Below, piece after piece: positions 54,169 to 63,482 of a DNA stretch of 64,000 nucleotides. Each line of letters starts with the position of its first letter. The stretch's first letter is position 1. The notes under the pieces were generated by a model. That model was not told the DNA's origin and made no database searches. It saw only the letters and a list, made by a program, of their open reading frames with translations. The translations under genes were made by a program, and so were the position numbers. The stretch is from Clostridia bacterium (GTDB lineage Bacteria > Bacillota > Clostridia > Oscillospirales > Acutalibacteraceae), in the NCBI GenBank assembly GCA_017407705.1, contig JAFQWA010000029.1, positions 1,628 through 65,627 on the forward strand, written 5' to 3'.

Positions 54169-54981
54169 TTATTCACTGCCTTTTTTTGTTGTAGCTATTG
54201 TGGGGATTGCTGTGGACTGTAATGACGGCACCTGCCTACCCTCGTGGTTTACGGTATACTGGCCTGTGTATATCTGCTGGGATACGGGCACTAACTTATA
54301 CCCGTCTGCCTGCAACTTTTCGATTATCTTAGGCAGTGCGGCAGGTGTGTTTTTGGCGGCATTATGGAACAGGCAGATAGACCCCTCCGCCACCTTGGAC
54401 GTTACTCTATCTATAATCTGCTGGGCAGTTTTATCCTTCCAATCCAATGAGTCAACGTCCCACTGAACACAGTACATACCCTGAGATTTCAGCACTTCTA
54501 TCAGCGCATCGTTATAGTCACCATAGGGTGGACGAAACAAAGTGGGGCGTTTGCCGGTTATTTTCTCGATTTTATCGTTACAGCTTTTTATCTCTTTCAC
54601 CATATCCTCACGGGATAGCTTGGGCATATGAGGGTGGGTATCGGAATGGTTTTGTATCTCGTGACCTGCGTCGGATAACGCCTTGACCGACTCAGGATAC
54701 TTATCCACCCACTCACCCACTATAAAAAACGTGGCCTTCACATTATACCGAGCCAATATATCAATAAGCTGCTGGGTGTCCTCGTTACCCCAGGCGGCAT
54801 CGAAGGATAGAGATGCTATTTTTTCAGTTTGTGTGGTGCAATATATGGGCAGCTTTTTCTTATGCACCGAGGCTGAGGACACCGGTCCCGTGCCCACCAT
54901 TAAAAACAGCGATAAAATTATCAGTGCTATTACTGTAAGTGTGATGATCAGATTTTTCTTTGTAAGTATTAAATAACGCAT
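54169..54981 (-). CDS. Polysaccharide deacetylase (NodB / CE4 domain) family protein, membrane-anchored
   Basis: N-terminal TM segment. NodB motifs LSFDAAWG and HEIQNHSDTHPHM. Confidence 0.88.
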   Translation of the reverse strand: MRYLILTKKNLIITLTVIALIILSLFLMVGTGPVSSASVHKKKLPIYCTTQTEKIASLSFDAAWGNEDTQQLIDILARYNVKATFFIVGEWVDKYPESVKALSDAGHEIQNHSDTHPHMPKLSREDMVKEIKSCNDKIEKITGKRPTLFRPPYGDYNDALIEVLKSQGMYCVQWDVDSLDWKDKTAQQIIDRVTSKVAEGSICLFHNAAKNTPAALPKIIEKLQADGYKLVPVSQQIYTGQYTVNHEGRQVPSLQSTAIPTIATTKKGSE

Positions 54982-55038
54982 AAAACCACCTCATAAAAAT
55001 ATATGAGGTGGTTTTGATTTTAATGATTATAATCATTA

Positions 55039-56787
55039 TTACAGTGCTTTCAGTGAAAGTATGTAACGCTTAATTTCCAAAAGATCAGAAGCGGTAACGC
55101 TACCGTCCACATTCACGTCGCCGGCTGATTCCTGATAAAACTCTGTCTGGTCCACTGCCAAAACCATACGCTTTACCTTCAAAAGGTCGGACGCGGTAAC
55201 ATTACCGTTACCGTCAACATCACCTTTAACCACTGCATACAGCAGCTTTACTGTTTTGGTGCCGTCCTTAACGTAAATAGGCATACCTGAATATACGGTA
55301 GCGGCAGTAGAGGGTGTGCTTAAACTATAAGACGAGCTCAGTCTGCTTGTAACGTTTGCCACCTGCGTTTTGGGACTAATACCTAAAACAAGGTTGTTTT
55401 TCATTGTATAAGTATTGCTGGTAACAGGGTATTTGTTGGTGGTTATACCCACCTGAACAACTCCGCTCATATACGATACCGCCTGCTTAACGCAAATGGG
55501 TGTCACCATAACCTCACCTGCTTTTAAAGAGGTGTTTTCGGTTGTGCTCAGCTCGTGTATCTTAATTTTATCGTAGCTGGTATCACCTAAAAAGCCGTGA
55601 ACACCGGTGGGGTAATTGGCAAGCAGTGCTATTCTGAAATTGGCATAAAAGTCAGCATAAGTGTATTGGTAGCCTATTCCCTCAAGTGCCTCTGCCACAG
55701 CATTCTCGTCTATATAATTACTATTAACAATGCTTTTGAAAATCTTGTTGCCGCCGCCCTGCAAATTGGCAGTCTGCAGTCTTAAATAATCCGAGTAAAA
55801 AGCGCCAAGGGCATAGTTATATAGGCTGTTGTTCCAATTATAAAGGGAGTTGTCTGCTTTGGGATGGTCGTTGTAGCAACGCACGTGATAGTCTATTGTG
55901 CTTTGGTCATATAAAATAGTAGCCGCCTGAGACATAGACTCGTTAAGCCAGGTTTCGGCAAATCCGCTCTTGTTGGGATTGTTCCAGGTTTCGGAAAAAT
56001 TCACACAGTGCTGACCCTCGTGGATGAGAGTTTCTTTAGCCACACTGTAATCGTTATTACGCATAAACTCATTGCAATCTATATGTATCATGTCCATCAT
56101 ATTACCGTTGCCGCCGTAATAGGTGGATACCATATCTGCTGCGTTGAAATATCCTGAAACGCCCACGGGGTTGGACTGACTGAAATCGTCTAAAATATCG
56201 TAAAAGCAGATAGCCAGCTTACCGTCAGCATCAGCGTCCATCATATCGCCGAAATACTCCGACAGTATGGGGAAAATGACTCTATCGTATTCCAAAGCCA
56301 AATGCTCTGCAGCAGCATCGGTAATGGGGAAAGTGGGGTCATTCCATATAGTGCAGTGACTACCTGAGTATATCATTTGCAGTGTTTTCTGATATTCAGT
56401 ACCGGCACCGCCTTTCATATTCAGCAGCGTAAAGGTTTTGGTGCTGCCCACTACATACAAGTTAGGCTCCAATCCCTCAACCGACACTCTGTTAGCTAAC
56501 ACCTGAGAATTTTCGGGCTTTTTAATGTTTTTCAGCACCGACTCCAAGTTAAAACGCTGAACACCCAGTTCTTCACCGCCCACAGACACAACTGAAGTTA
56601 CCTCTGCATCCTTCACATAGCTAAGACCGGGAGTATTAACCGATATTTGCCGTGCAGAGGTGCTGGTGTTTACGCTTACAAGATAGTCTCCGTAAACATA
56701 TTTTTTAGTATCAGCGGTTACGGTAATCGCCGCTAACATAGATAAGATAATAACAAAACAACAAAGGGATACAAGTATTTTTTTCAT
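55039..56787 (-). CDS. Secreted type-I dockerin protein with an HExxH (putative zinc metallopeptidase-like) N-terminal domain
   Basis: Signal peptide. TLIHEGQHCVNF contains HEGQH. C-terminal duplicated dockerin segments GDVDGNGNVTASDLLKVKR and GDVNVDGSVTASDLLEIKR. Confidence 0.7.
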   Translation of the reverse strand: MKKILVSLCCFVIILSMLAAITVTADTKKYVYGDYLVSVNTSTSARQISVNTPGLSYVKDAEVTSVVSVGGEELGVQRFNLESVLKNIKKPENSQVLANRVSVEGLEPNLYVVGSTKTFTLLNMKGGAGTEYQKTLQMIYSGSHCTIWNDPTFPITDAAAEHLALEYDRVIFPILSEYFGDMMDADADGKLAICFYDILDDFSQSNPVGVSGYFNAADMVSTYYGGNGNMMDMIHIDCNEFMRNNDYSVAKETLIHEGQHCVNFSETWNNPNKSGFAETWLNESMSQAATILYDQSTIDYHVRCYNDHPKADNSLYNWNNSLYNYALGAFYSDYLRLQTANLQGGGNKIFKSIVNSNYIDENAVAEALEGIGYQYTYADFYANFRIALLANYPTGVHGFLGDTSYDKIKIHELSTTENTSLKAGEVMVTPICVKQAVSYMSGVVQVGITTNKYPVTSNTYTMKNNLVLGISPKTQVANVTSRLSSSYSLSTPSTAATVYSGMPIYVKDGTKTVKLLYAVVKGDVDGNGNVTASDLLKVKRMVLAVDQTEFYQESAGDVNVDGSVTASDLLEIKRYILSLKAL

Positions 56788-56939
56788 TTTACTTCGCCTC
56801 CGTTTTTGATACTATAATTATATCACATATTTAAAATATATTCAACCATTCCTACATTTACTTTTTGTTCACAAAAAATTGCGGATTATGAAATAAATAT
56901 TTGTTATATTATAAATAGGCAAAGTAAAGGAGTGCTTTT

Positions 56940-58238
56940 ATGGATAATAATTATATTAACCCTTTTGATAATCATGACAAAAAGGAGCAGACAGCGAGTC
57001 CTCTTAACTCGTTTAACGATCAGCTTAAAGTCCCAACCGGGCAGAGCTTTTACTCTCCCATGGGCGGATTTGATGCAAAACCCCCTAAGAAAGAGAAAAA
57101 CAAGTATCCCCTTTCGGTGCTGATCGCTTGTTGCGTTATATGCTCATTACTGGCAGGTATAGTTGCATCGGGCACTATGATAATGGCAGATAAATTTGCT
57201 GTGGGCACCGAGATGGGTCAACAGTCGGAGCAACAAAGTGATAACAAAAACAACACCGTCATCAACATTGAAAAGCCCTCCAACGAGCTGATTTCGGTAA
57301 TTGCACAAAAGGTGAGCCCTTCGGTGGTTGGCATACGTGCCACTGCATCGGTAAACAGCTTTTTCGGATTTTCACAGCAGTCCTCCGACGAAGGCTCGGG
57401 TATTATCTACAAATCCAACGGATATATCATCACCAACTACCACGTTATTTCCATAGTCGCAGAGGCTACCAACAAGTCTAACGCCGCCATTCAGGTGTTT
57501 TTACCCTCCGACCCCCAGACCGCCATTTCAGCTTCTATCGTAGGCTTTGACAGTGAGTCAGACCTGGCGGTTATTAAGATTGAGAAAACAGGTTTACCTG
57601 CCGTTGAGATAGGCGACTCCGAAAAGATTGAGGTGGGCGAAACTGCCGTTGCTATCGGCAACCCCGGTGGACTCCGTTATATGGGTTCGGTCAGCAGCGG
57701 TGTTATCAGCGGACTTAACCGTACTCTAAAGCTTGAAGGCACTGCCCAGATTGAGCTTATCCAGACCGATGCAGCTATCAACCCCGGTAATTCCGGCGGT
57801 GCGTTGGTTAATGCTAAAGGTCAGCTTATCGGCGTAAACAGTGCAAAAATTGCAGGTGAGGAATATGAGGGTATGGGCTTTGCTATCCCTTCAAACTACA
57901 CCGTTAAAGTCTGCGACAACATTATCAACAACAAGGATGTAAAACGTGCTTACGTGGGCGTTAAGATAAGCACTGAGTACACAGGTGAGGTGCTTCAAAA
58001 AATGGGGTATCCTGCAGGTGCGTTGGTTGAGAGCGTAGTGGAAGGGTCCCCTGCTGATAAAATAGGCATACGCACTATGGATATCATCACCGAGTTTGAC
58101 GGTGTTAAGGTAACGGATTATTCCCAGTATAACAGTGAGCGTTTAAAGCACAAGCCCGGTGAGAGCGTTCAGCTTAAAGTGTATCGCAGCGGAAGATATT
58201 ACGACGTGACCATTACCTTAGGCGAAAGCAATAATTAG
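56940..58238 (+). CDS. htrA: HtrA/DegP-family (S1C) serine protease with PDZ domain, membrane-anchored
   Basis: Catalytic triad context TNYHVI, DLAVIK and GNSGGALVN. C-terminal PDZ domain. RBS AAGGAG. Confidence 0.9.
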   Translation: MDNNYINPFDNHDKKEQTASPLNSFNDQLKVPTGQSFYSPMGGFDAKPPKKEKNKYPLSVLIACCVICSLLAGIVASGTMIMADKFAVGTEMGQQSEQQSDNKNNTVINIEKPSNELISVIAQKVSPSVVGIRATASVNSFFGFSQQSSDEGSGIIYKSNGYIITNYHVISIVAEATNKSNAAIQVFLPSDPQTAISASIVGFDSESDLAVIKIEKTGLPAVEIGDSEKIEVGETAVAIGNPGGLRYMGSVSSGVISGLNRTLKLEGTAQIELIQTDAAINPGNSGGALVNAKGQLIGVNSAKIAGEEYEGMGFAIPSNYTVKVCDNIINNKDVKRAYVGVKISTEYTGEVLQKMGYPAGALVESVVEGSPADKIGIRTMDIITEFDGVKVTDYSQYNSERLKHKPGESVQLKVYRSGRYYDVTITLGESNN

Positions 58239-58241
58239 CAT

Positions 58242-58279
58242 AAAAGGACTTATTTGCAAGCTGCGAATAAGTCCTTTTC
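58242..58279 (+). terminator. Rho-independent terminator of htrA
   Basis: AAAAGGACTTATT / AATAAGTCCTTTT stem. Confidence 0.8.
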
Positions 58280-58280
58280 C

Positions 58281-58308
58281 TTGACATTGTTAGAATTTGT
58301 TTTATAAT
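58281..58308 (+). promoter_or_regulatory. Consensus SigA promoter of the CE7 esterase gene
   Basis: TTGACA (58281-58286), a 16-nt spacer, then TATAAT (58303-58308). Confidence 0.7.
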
Positions 58309-58338
58309 AAAGGTAACTTTATGCAAAGGGGTTATCCT

Positions 58339-59292
58339 ATGAATACCATTGACAATCAAATCGAACAGCTTTTAAAATATCAAGGTTCGACTCCAAAGCC
58401 TGATGATTTCGACGAATACTGGGCTCGTGCCTTAAAGGAGCTGGACGCTACCGCTCCCGAGGTCCAGTTAAAGCCTGCTAAATTTCAGGTGGACTGCGCT
58501 GACTGCTTTGACCTGTATTTCACAGGTGTGGGCGGCTCCAGAATATATGCAAAATATCTGCGTCCTAAAAAGTCAGACGCTCCTCACCCTGCCCTTTTAA
58601 TGTTCCACGGCTACAGTGCCAACTCAGGTAACTGGAACGAAAAGCTTGCTTATGTGGCTGCAGGATTTTCTGTTTTTGCGATGGACGTACGTGGTCAGGG
58701 CGGCTTGTCGCAGGACCTTACCAACCCCAACGGACCTACACTTAGTCTGCACGTTATGAAGGGTATTGAGGACCACGAGGATACTCTGTTTTACCGCAAC
58801 GTTTATCTTGATACCGTACAGCTTGCCCGTGTGGCGGCAAGTATGCCTGAGGTTGACGGTGAGCGCCTTGGTGTAATGGGTGGCTCTCAGGGCGGTGGCT
58901 TGTCCCTTGCCTGTGCTGCTCTTGCCAACATCAAACGTGCCGCTGTTACTTATCCATTCTTGTGCGATTTTGTTTGGGGCTACCGCAATCATCCTGCTTC
59001 CTCTAACTGGGAGCTGCGTGAATATTTCCGTCGTCACGATCCCCGTAATCTTACTGAAAAAGAAGTGTTCAGAAAGTTAGGTTATATCGACTGTCAGCAT
59101 CTGGCAGACCGTATTACCGCTGAGGTGCTGATGCACACCGGTCTTGAGGATAACATTTGTCCGCCTATGACACAGTTTGCAATGTACAACAAGCTAAAAT
59201 GCAAAAAGAGCTTTATGACTTATCCTAACTACACCCACGAATGGATTCCCGATTCTGACGATTACAACTTTATGTTCTTAACACAGCTTTAA
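58339..59292 (+). CDS. Acetylxylan esterase / cephalosporin-C deacetylase (carbohydrate esterase family 7)
   Basis: CE7 motifs RGQGG, GGSQGG and THEW. The N-terminus ...KPDDFDEYWARALKEL is typical. Start at ATG 58339, because the upstream track starts fall inside or too close to the promoter. Confidence 0.88.
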   Translation: MNTIDNQIEQLLKYQGSTPKPDDFDEYWARALKELDATAPEVQLKPAKFQVDCADCFDLYFTGVGGSRIYAKYLRPKKSDAPHPALLMFHGYSANSGNWNEKLAYVAAGFSVFAMDVRGQGGLSQDLTNPNGPTLSLHVMKGIEDHEDTLFYRNVYLDTVQLARVAASMPEVDGERLGVMGGSQGGGLSLACAALANIKRAAVTYPFLCDFVWGYRNHPASSNWELREYFRRHDPRNLTEKEVFRKLGYIDCQHLADRITAEVLMHTGLEDNICPPMTQFAMYNKLKCKKSFMTYPNYTHEWIPDSDDYNFMFLTQL

Positions 59293-59297
59293 TAATC

Positions 59298-59329
59298 AAA
59301 ACGGGCAGATGAAATATCTGCCCGTTTTT
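59298..59329. terminator. Bidirectional rho-independent terminator
   Basis: AAAACGGGCAGAT / ATCTGCCCGTTTT stem between convergent genes. Confidence 0.85.
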
Positions 59330-59331
59330 AT

Positions 59332-61059
59332 TTACATTATACTCTGAATGTTACACAGATTGGAATAAACGCCGTTTAGCTTTATCAGCTCATCGTGCTT
59401 TCCGCACTCAACTATCTCGCCCTCTTTAAGCACCACTATCTTGTCCGCCTTTTTAACGGTAGATAATCTGTGGGCGATAACCACCAGCGTTCTTGTACCT
59501 GCAATTTTGTTGATTGCTTCCTGAATGTGAGTTTCGGTTTCGGTATCCACCGCCGAGGTTGCTTCATCCAGCACCAGTATAGGTGAATTACGCAGTATGG
59601 CACGGGCAATGGAGATACGTTGCTTCTGACCGCCGGAAAGACGCACACCCCTTTCACCTATCATAGTTTCATACTTATCAGGCAGCGACTCCACAAAATC
59701 ATCAATACAAGCAGTTTTTGCCGCCTCAATTATCTGCTCCATAGTGGCACTCTCACAACCGTAAGCGATATTCTCAGCAATACTGCCGTTAAACAGAAAT
59801 ACGTCCTGCATAACCATACTAAGCTGATTTCTCAAGCAATGCAGTGTCATATCGTCGATGTTTATGCCGTCGAACTTAACGTGGCCCTCTGTGGGATCGT
59901 AAAATCTTGCAATAAGTGATGAGATGGTGCTCTTACCAACACCGGTGGGGCCCACCAGCGCCACCATTTCCCCTGCCTTAATATCAAGGTTGATATTTTT
60001 AAGCACGGGAATATTCTCGTTATACTCAAAGCTTACGTTATCAAAGGTGATAGCACCTGAAAGTCTGCCAACCTCAACAGCATCGGGCTTGTCGGTGATT
60101 TCAGAGGGTGTATCCAGCACCTCGAAAACTCTGTCGGCACCTGCTAATGCACGTTGAATATCCTCTAACAAACGGGCAAAGCTGGAAACAGGTGCATAAA
60201 ACATACCAAGATACAGCAAAAATTCCACAACGTCTGCAATGGCAAGATCGGTATTCAGTGCAAAGATCGGGCCAAAGATCAAAACGATAACCGTACCCAG
60301 TGAGGATACCATTCCAACTGTCGGATGCAGTATGCTGGAATATTTCATTGCCTTAACGTGGGCGTTAGCGTGAGCATCAGCCAATTCCTTAACTCTTGCC
60401 GCCTCATAAGCCTGCTTATTGAACAGCTGGATCTCTTTCATTCCTGAAAAATCGTCCTGCAAGGCAGCGTTGAGTGCCGCTGCTTCTTCCTGCGCTCTGC
60501 GGAAATTACGTCTTATCTTACGCATTACTGTGGATAAAAACGCAATAAACGGAATGGGAATACAAACTATCAGAGTCAGCATTGCGTTGGTTCTGAACAG
60601 TATAACCAAAACGCTTACAAAGGTGATTATATTAGTAGCCAGATCGGGAATAGCGTGGGCTACCAAGTTTTCGAAGGTCATGGTATCGTTTACCACGCAG
60701 GACATCAGCGTACCTGTTTGCTTATCGTGGTAATAGCTCATGGACAACGACTGGAAGTGCTCATAAATCATACATCTGATTTTAGCCACCAACCGCCAAC
60801 TGGTCACGTGCTGATAAAAGCTTACCACAAACTGTAGCCCCGAACGGATCAGATTTATGCCCAGTAAAGAAAGTCCCAACGCCACAATAAAGCCGATAGA
60901 ATCCTCACTCAGATCGGTTTCCATTATGGAAATGATCATTTTGGTTATTTTGGGCGTAACAAGGTTTATGCCCGTTATTACCAAAAGGGATATGGAGGAT
61001 AAAATAATCAGATGTCGCCAGGGTTTTGCGATTTTAAACAACCTGATAATGTTTTTCAA
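59332..61059 (-). CDS. ABC transporter ATP-binding/permease fusion (MsbA-like exporter half-transporter)
   Basis: Six-TM domain plus Walker A GPTGVGKST, signature LSGGQKQR and Walker B ILVLDEATS. TTG start with AAGGAG 8 nt upstream. Confidence 0.9.
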   Translation of the reverse strand: MKNIIRLFKIAKPWRHLIILSSISLLVITGINLVTPKITKMIISIMETDLSEDSIGFIVALGLSLLGINLIRSGLQFVVSFYQHVTSWRLVAKIRCMIYEHFQSLSMSYYHDKQTGTLMSCVVNDTMTFENLVAHAIPDLATNIITFVSVLVILFRTNAMLTLIVCIPIPFIAFLSTVMRKIRRNFRRAQEEAAALNAALQDDFSGMKEIQLFNKQAYEAARVKELADAHANAHVKAMKYSSILHPTVGMVSSLGTVIVLIFGPIFALNTDLAIADVVEFLLYLGMFYAPVSSFARLLEDIQRALAGADRVFEVLDTPSEITDKPDAVEVGRLSGAITFDNVSFEYNENIPVLKNINLDIKAGEMVALVGPTGVGKSTISSLIARFYDPTEGHVKFDGINIDDMTLHCLRNQLSMVMQDVFLFNGSIAENIAYGCESATMEQIIEAAKTACIDDFVESLPDKYETMIGERGVRLSGGQKQRISIARAILRNSPILVLDEATSAVDTETETHIQEAINKIAGTRTLVVIAHRLSTVKKADKIVVLKEGEIVECGKHDELIKLNGVYSNLCNIQSIM

Positions 61060-61071
61060 AACGCAGTCTCC

Positions 61072-61599
61072 TTATCTTTCAAAAAAATCTCTCAAGGGTT
61101 TAGTGGATCTTATTATCTGTATAATCAAACAAGCGGCGATAATACCAAAAAGTCCTTGCACCAAGTTTCCGGGAATACTTGCCGCCGCTGCCAGACCTTC
61201 ACCCAAAATCAACCATGCATACACAAAATATCCCAGTACCATAACCAGCTCTGCCGCAACACCGCTTACTATTCTTGCTATAACGCCCTTACCTTTACAA
61301 AGCTTAAACATCAGCGCAAACACAGCATAAGCAAGCAGCGCTACCAGTCCCTTTATAATAACGGTGGCGGGAGCATAGTAAGCGTAACCGGTGAGGATAT
61401 CCGCAAGTCCTGAGCCTATTGCCGCCGCTGCTACACCGTAAACAGGGCCAAGCAGCCAACCTGAAAGCAGACAAAAGCAGTCGCCCATATTAACGTAGCC
61501 ATTCATAGGGGATGGAATCTGTATCACCATAGTGGTAACACAAACTATAGCGGCAAACAGCGATGTGGTAACTACCGTCTTTACTTTCTGATTTCTCAT
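61072..61599 (-). CDS. ECF-transporter S-component-like membrane protein (substrate unknown)
   Basis: 175 aa, about six TM segments. The Gly/Ala-rich helices (GDCFCLLSGWLLGPVYG, GSGLADILTGY) are typical of ECF S components. Confidence 0.65.
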   Translation of the reverse strand: MRNQKVKTVVTTSLFAAIVCVTTMVIQIPSPMNGYVNMGDCFCLLSGWLLGPVYGVAAAAIGSGLADILTGYAYYAPATVIIKGLVALLAYAVFALMFKLCKGKGVIARIVSGVAAELVMVLGYFVYAWLILGEGLAAAASIPGNLVQGLFGIIAACLIIQIIRSTKPLRDFFER

Positions 61600-61676
61600 T
61601 TTTGAAACACCTCTTGGAACAAACTGACTATATTATACAACAATTTTTTCATAATTGGAATACCCCAATATAAAGG

Positions 61677-61705
61677 TTGACAATTTTTATTTGGTGATTT
61701 AAAAT
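61677..61705 (+). promoter_or_regulatory. Promoter of rnpB
   Basis: TTGACA (61677-61682), a 17-nt spacer, then TAAAAT (61700-61705), just upstream of the P1 helix. Confidence 0.7.
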
Positions 61706-61708
61706 TAT

Positions 61709-62047
61709 TATGCGAGTAAATTATGCGATCGCGCCGAATTTTTTTCGGTGAGGAAAGTCCGAGCATCACAGAGCAGGATAACGGCTAACAGCCGCCGAGG
61801 GCGACCTTAGGGAAAGTGCAACAGAAATAAACCGCCGTGATTCACGGTAAGGATGGAAAGGCGAGGTAAGAGCTCACCGGCATACAGGAGACTGTGTGGC
61901 CATGTAAACCCTATCCGATGCAACATTGACAAGGGGCTATACGTCTGCTCGGCGTTACCCTGAAAAATGGCTTGAGGCAGTCGGCAACGGCTGTCCCAGA
62001 TAGATGATCGCACACGACAGAACTCGGCTTACAGATTTACTCGCATT
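61709..62047 (+). ncRNA. rnpB: RNase P RNA, bacterial class A
   Basis: P1 pairing TGCGAGTAAAT / ATTTACTCGCA. Conserved GAGGAAAGTCCG, AGTGCAACAGAAA, GGTAAGAGCTCACC and ACGACAGAACTCGGCTTA blocks are collinear with the E. coli class-A RNA. Confidence 0.92.
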
Positions 62048-62062
62048 ATATTACAAATTCTA

Positions 62063-62090
62063 AGGCGGCTTTTTTGCCGCCTATTATTTA
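62063..62090 (+). terminator. Terminator after rnpB
   Basis: AGGCGGC TTTTTT GCCGCCT followed by an AT-rich tail. Confidence 0.6.
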
Positions 62091-62106
62091 AAGTTGAGGT
62101 AATTTT

Positions 62107-63462
62107 ATGCGGAAAAATGACCGTGTCGTTCTCACCATAACGGGAATGACCGCCGAAGGACTGGGCGTTGGCAGATACGAGAATATGGCTGTTTTTGTGC
62201 CCAATTCCGCCATTGGCGACGTGGCAAACGTGCTGATAGTTAAGGTGCTGAAAAAGTACTGTTTTGGCAAAATAATTGATTTTATAAAACAAAGCGACCA
62301 CCGCACCGAGCCCGACTGCCCTGTTTTCAGTCAATGCGGCGGCTGCTCCTACCGTCATATTTCCTACGCCGCTGAGTGCGATATAAAGCATCAGCGTGTT
62401 TTGGACGTTATCGGCAGAATTGCTAAGTCTGAGGCTGAGGTTTTGCCCATTATGGGGTCGGACCGTTTGGACGGCTACCGCAACAAAGCGCAGTATCCCG
62501 TGGGCAACTCTGACAATGGTATCTACACCGGTTTTTACGCATTACATTCTCACCGAATCGTTAAGTGTGATGACTGCAAGCTGCAGCCCACTGAATTTAA
62601 AGATATATTGGACGTTATCCGTAATTATGCCCACAAAAACGGCGTTAGTGCTTATGATGAAGCTTTAAACAGCGGCGTTTTACGGCATATCTACATCCGA
62701 AAAGCGGAAAAAACCAATCAGCTTATGGTGTGTTTGGTTATTAACGGTGAACGTCTGCCGAATGAGAATAATTTATGCCACAGCCTGATTAAGGTAAATG
62801 AGAACATAAAAAGCATTGTGGTTAACATAAATCAAAACAAAACTAACGTTATATTAGGTGAAAAGTGTCGCACTCTTTACGGTGATGACCATATTACCGA
62901 CATTTTGTGCGACGTTAAGGTAAAGCTGTCACCTCTGTCCTTTTATCAGGTAAATCGCAATATGGCCCAGCAGCTGTATAAAGTGGCAGCAGAGTTTGCG
63001 CAGCCCCGAGGCAAGACAGTGTTGGACTTATACTGCGGTGCAGGAACCATCGGCTTATCTATGGCATGTTTGGCGAAACAGATAATCGGTGTTGAGATAG
63101 TGCCCGAGGCCATAGAAGACGCTAAGTTCAACGCCAAGGCAAACGGCATTGAAAACGCTGAGTTTTACTGTGGTGATGCCTTGTTTGCCGCAAAGCAGTT
63201 GGCACAAAAAGACATTCATCCCGACGTGGTGGTATTAGACCCGCCCAGAAAGGGTATTGACAGTCAGTTGGTTGACATAATAACAGATGAGTTTGCCCCT
63301 GAAAGAGTGGTTTACGTGTCCTGCGACCCTGCAACGCTGGCAAGAGATATATTTTTGTTTGAGCAAAAGGGATATAAGGCAATAAAGGTCCAGCCCGTTG
63401 ACCTATTCCCCCGAACACCACACGTGGAAAGTGTAGCTTTGCTTACTAAATCTCGCCATTGA
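62107..63462 (+). CDS. rlmD: 23S rRNA (uracil-C5)-methyltransferase, RumA/RlmD family
   Basis: N-terminal TRAM domain. Fe-S motif CPVFSQCGGCSYRH. SAM motif VLDLYCGAGTIGL. DPPRKG and the catalytic YVSCDPATLARD. Confidence 0.92.
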   Translation: MRKNDRVVLTITGMTAEGLGVGRYENMAVFVPNSAIGDVANVLIVKVLKKYCFGKIIDFIKQSDHRTEPDCPVFSQCGGCSYRHISYAAECDIKHQRVLDVIGRIAKSEAEVLPIMGSDRLDGYRNKAQYPVGNSDNGIYTGFYALHSHRIVKCDDCKLQPTEFKDILDVIRNYAHKNGVSAYDEALNSGVLRHIYIRKAEKTNQLMVCLVINGERLPNENNLCHSLIKVNENIKSIVVNINQNKTNVILGEKCRTLYGDDHITDILCDVKVKLSPLSFYQVNRNMAQQLYKVAAEFAQPRGKTVLDLYCGAGTIGLSMACLAKQIIGVEIVPEAIEDAKFNAKANGIENAEFYCGDALFAAKQLAQKDIHPDVVVLDPPRKGIDSQLVDIITDEFAPERVVYVSCDPATLARDIFLFEQKGYKAIKVQPVDLFPRTPHVESVALLTKSRH

Positions 63463-63482
63463 GTTTTTATCAAGGAGTTTTT

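Noticed and set aside
61600-61676. Possible riboswitch upstream of the ECF S-component gene
   Set aside because: Only about 75 nt is available, with a probable promoter inside it. That is too short, and no conserved riboswitch core is recognisable.
61807-62391. Minus-strand ORFs 61807..62013 and 62029..62391
   Set aside because: They overlap the RNase P RNA gene, its terminator and the 5' end of rlmD.
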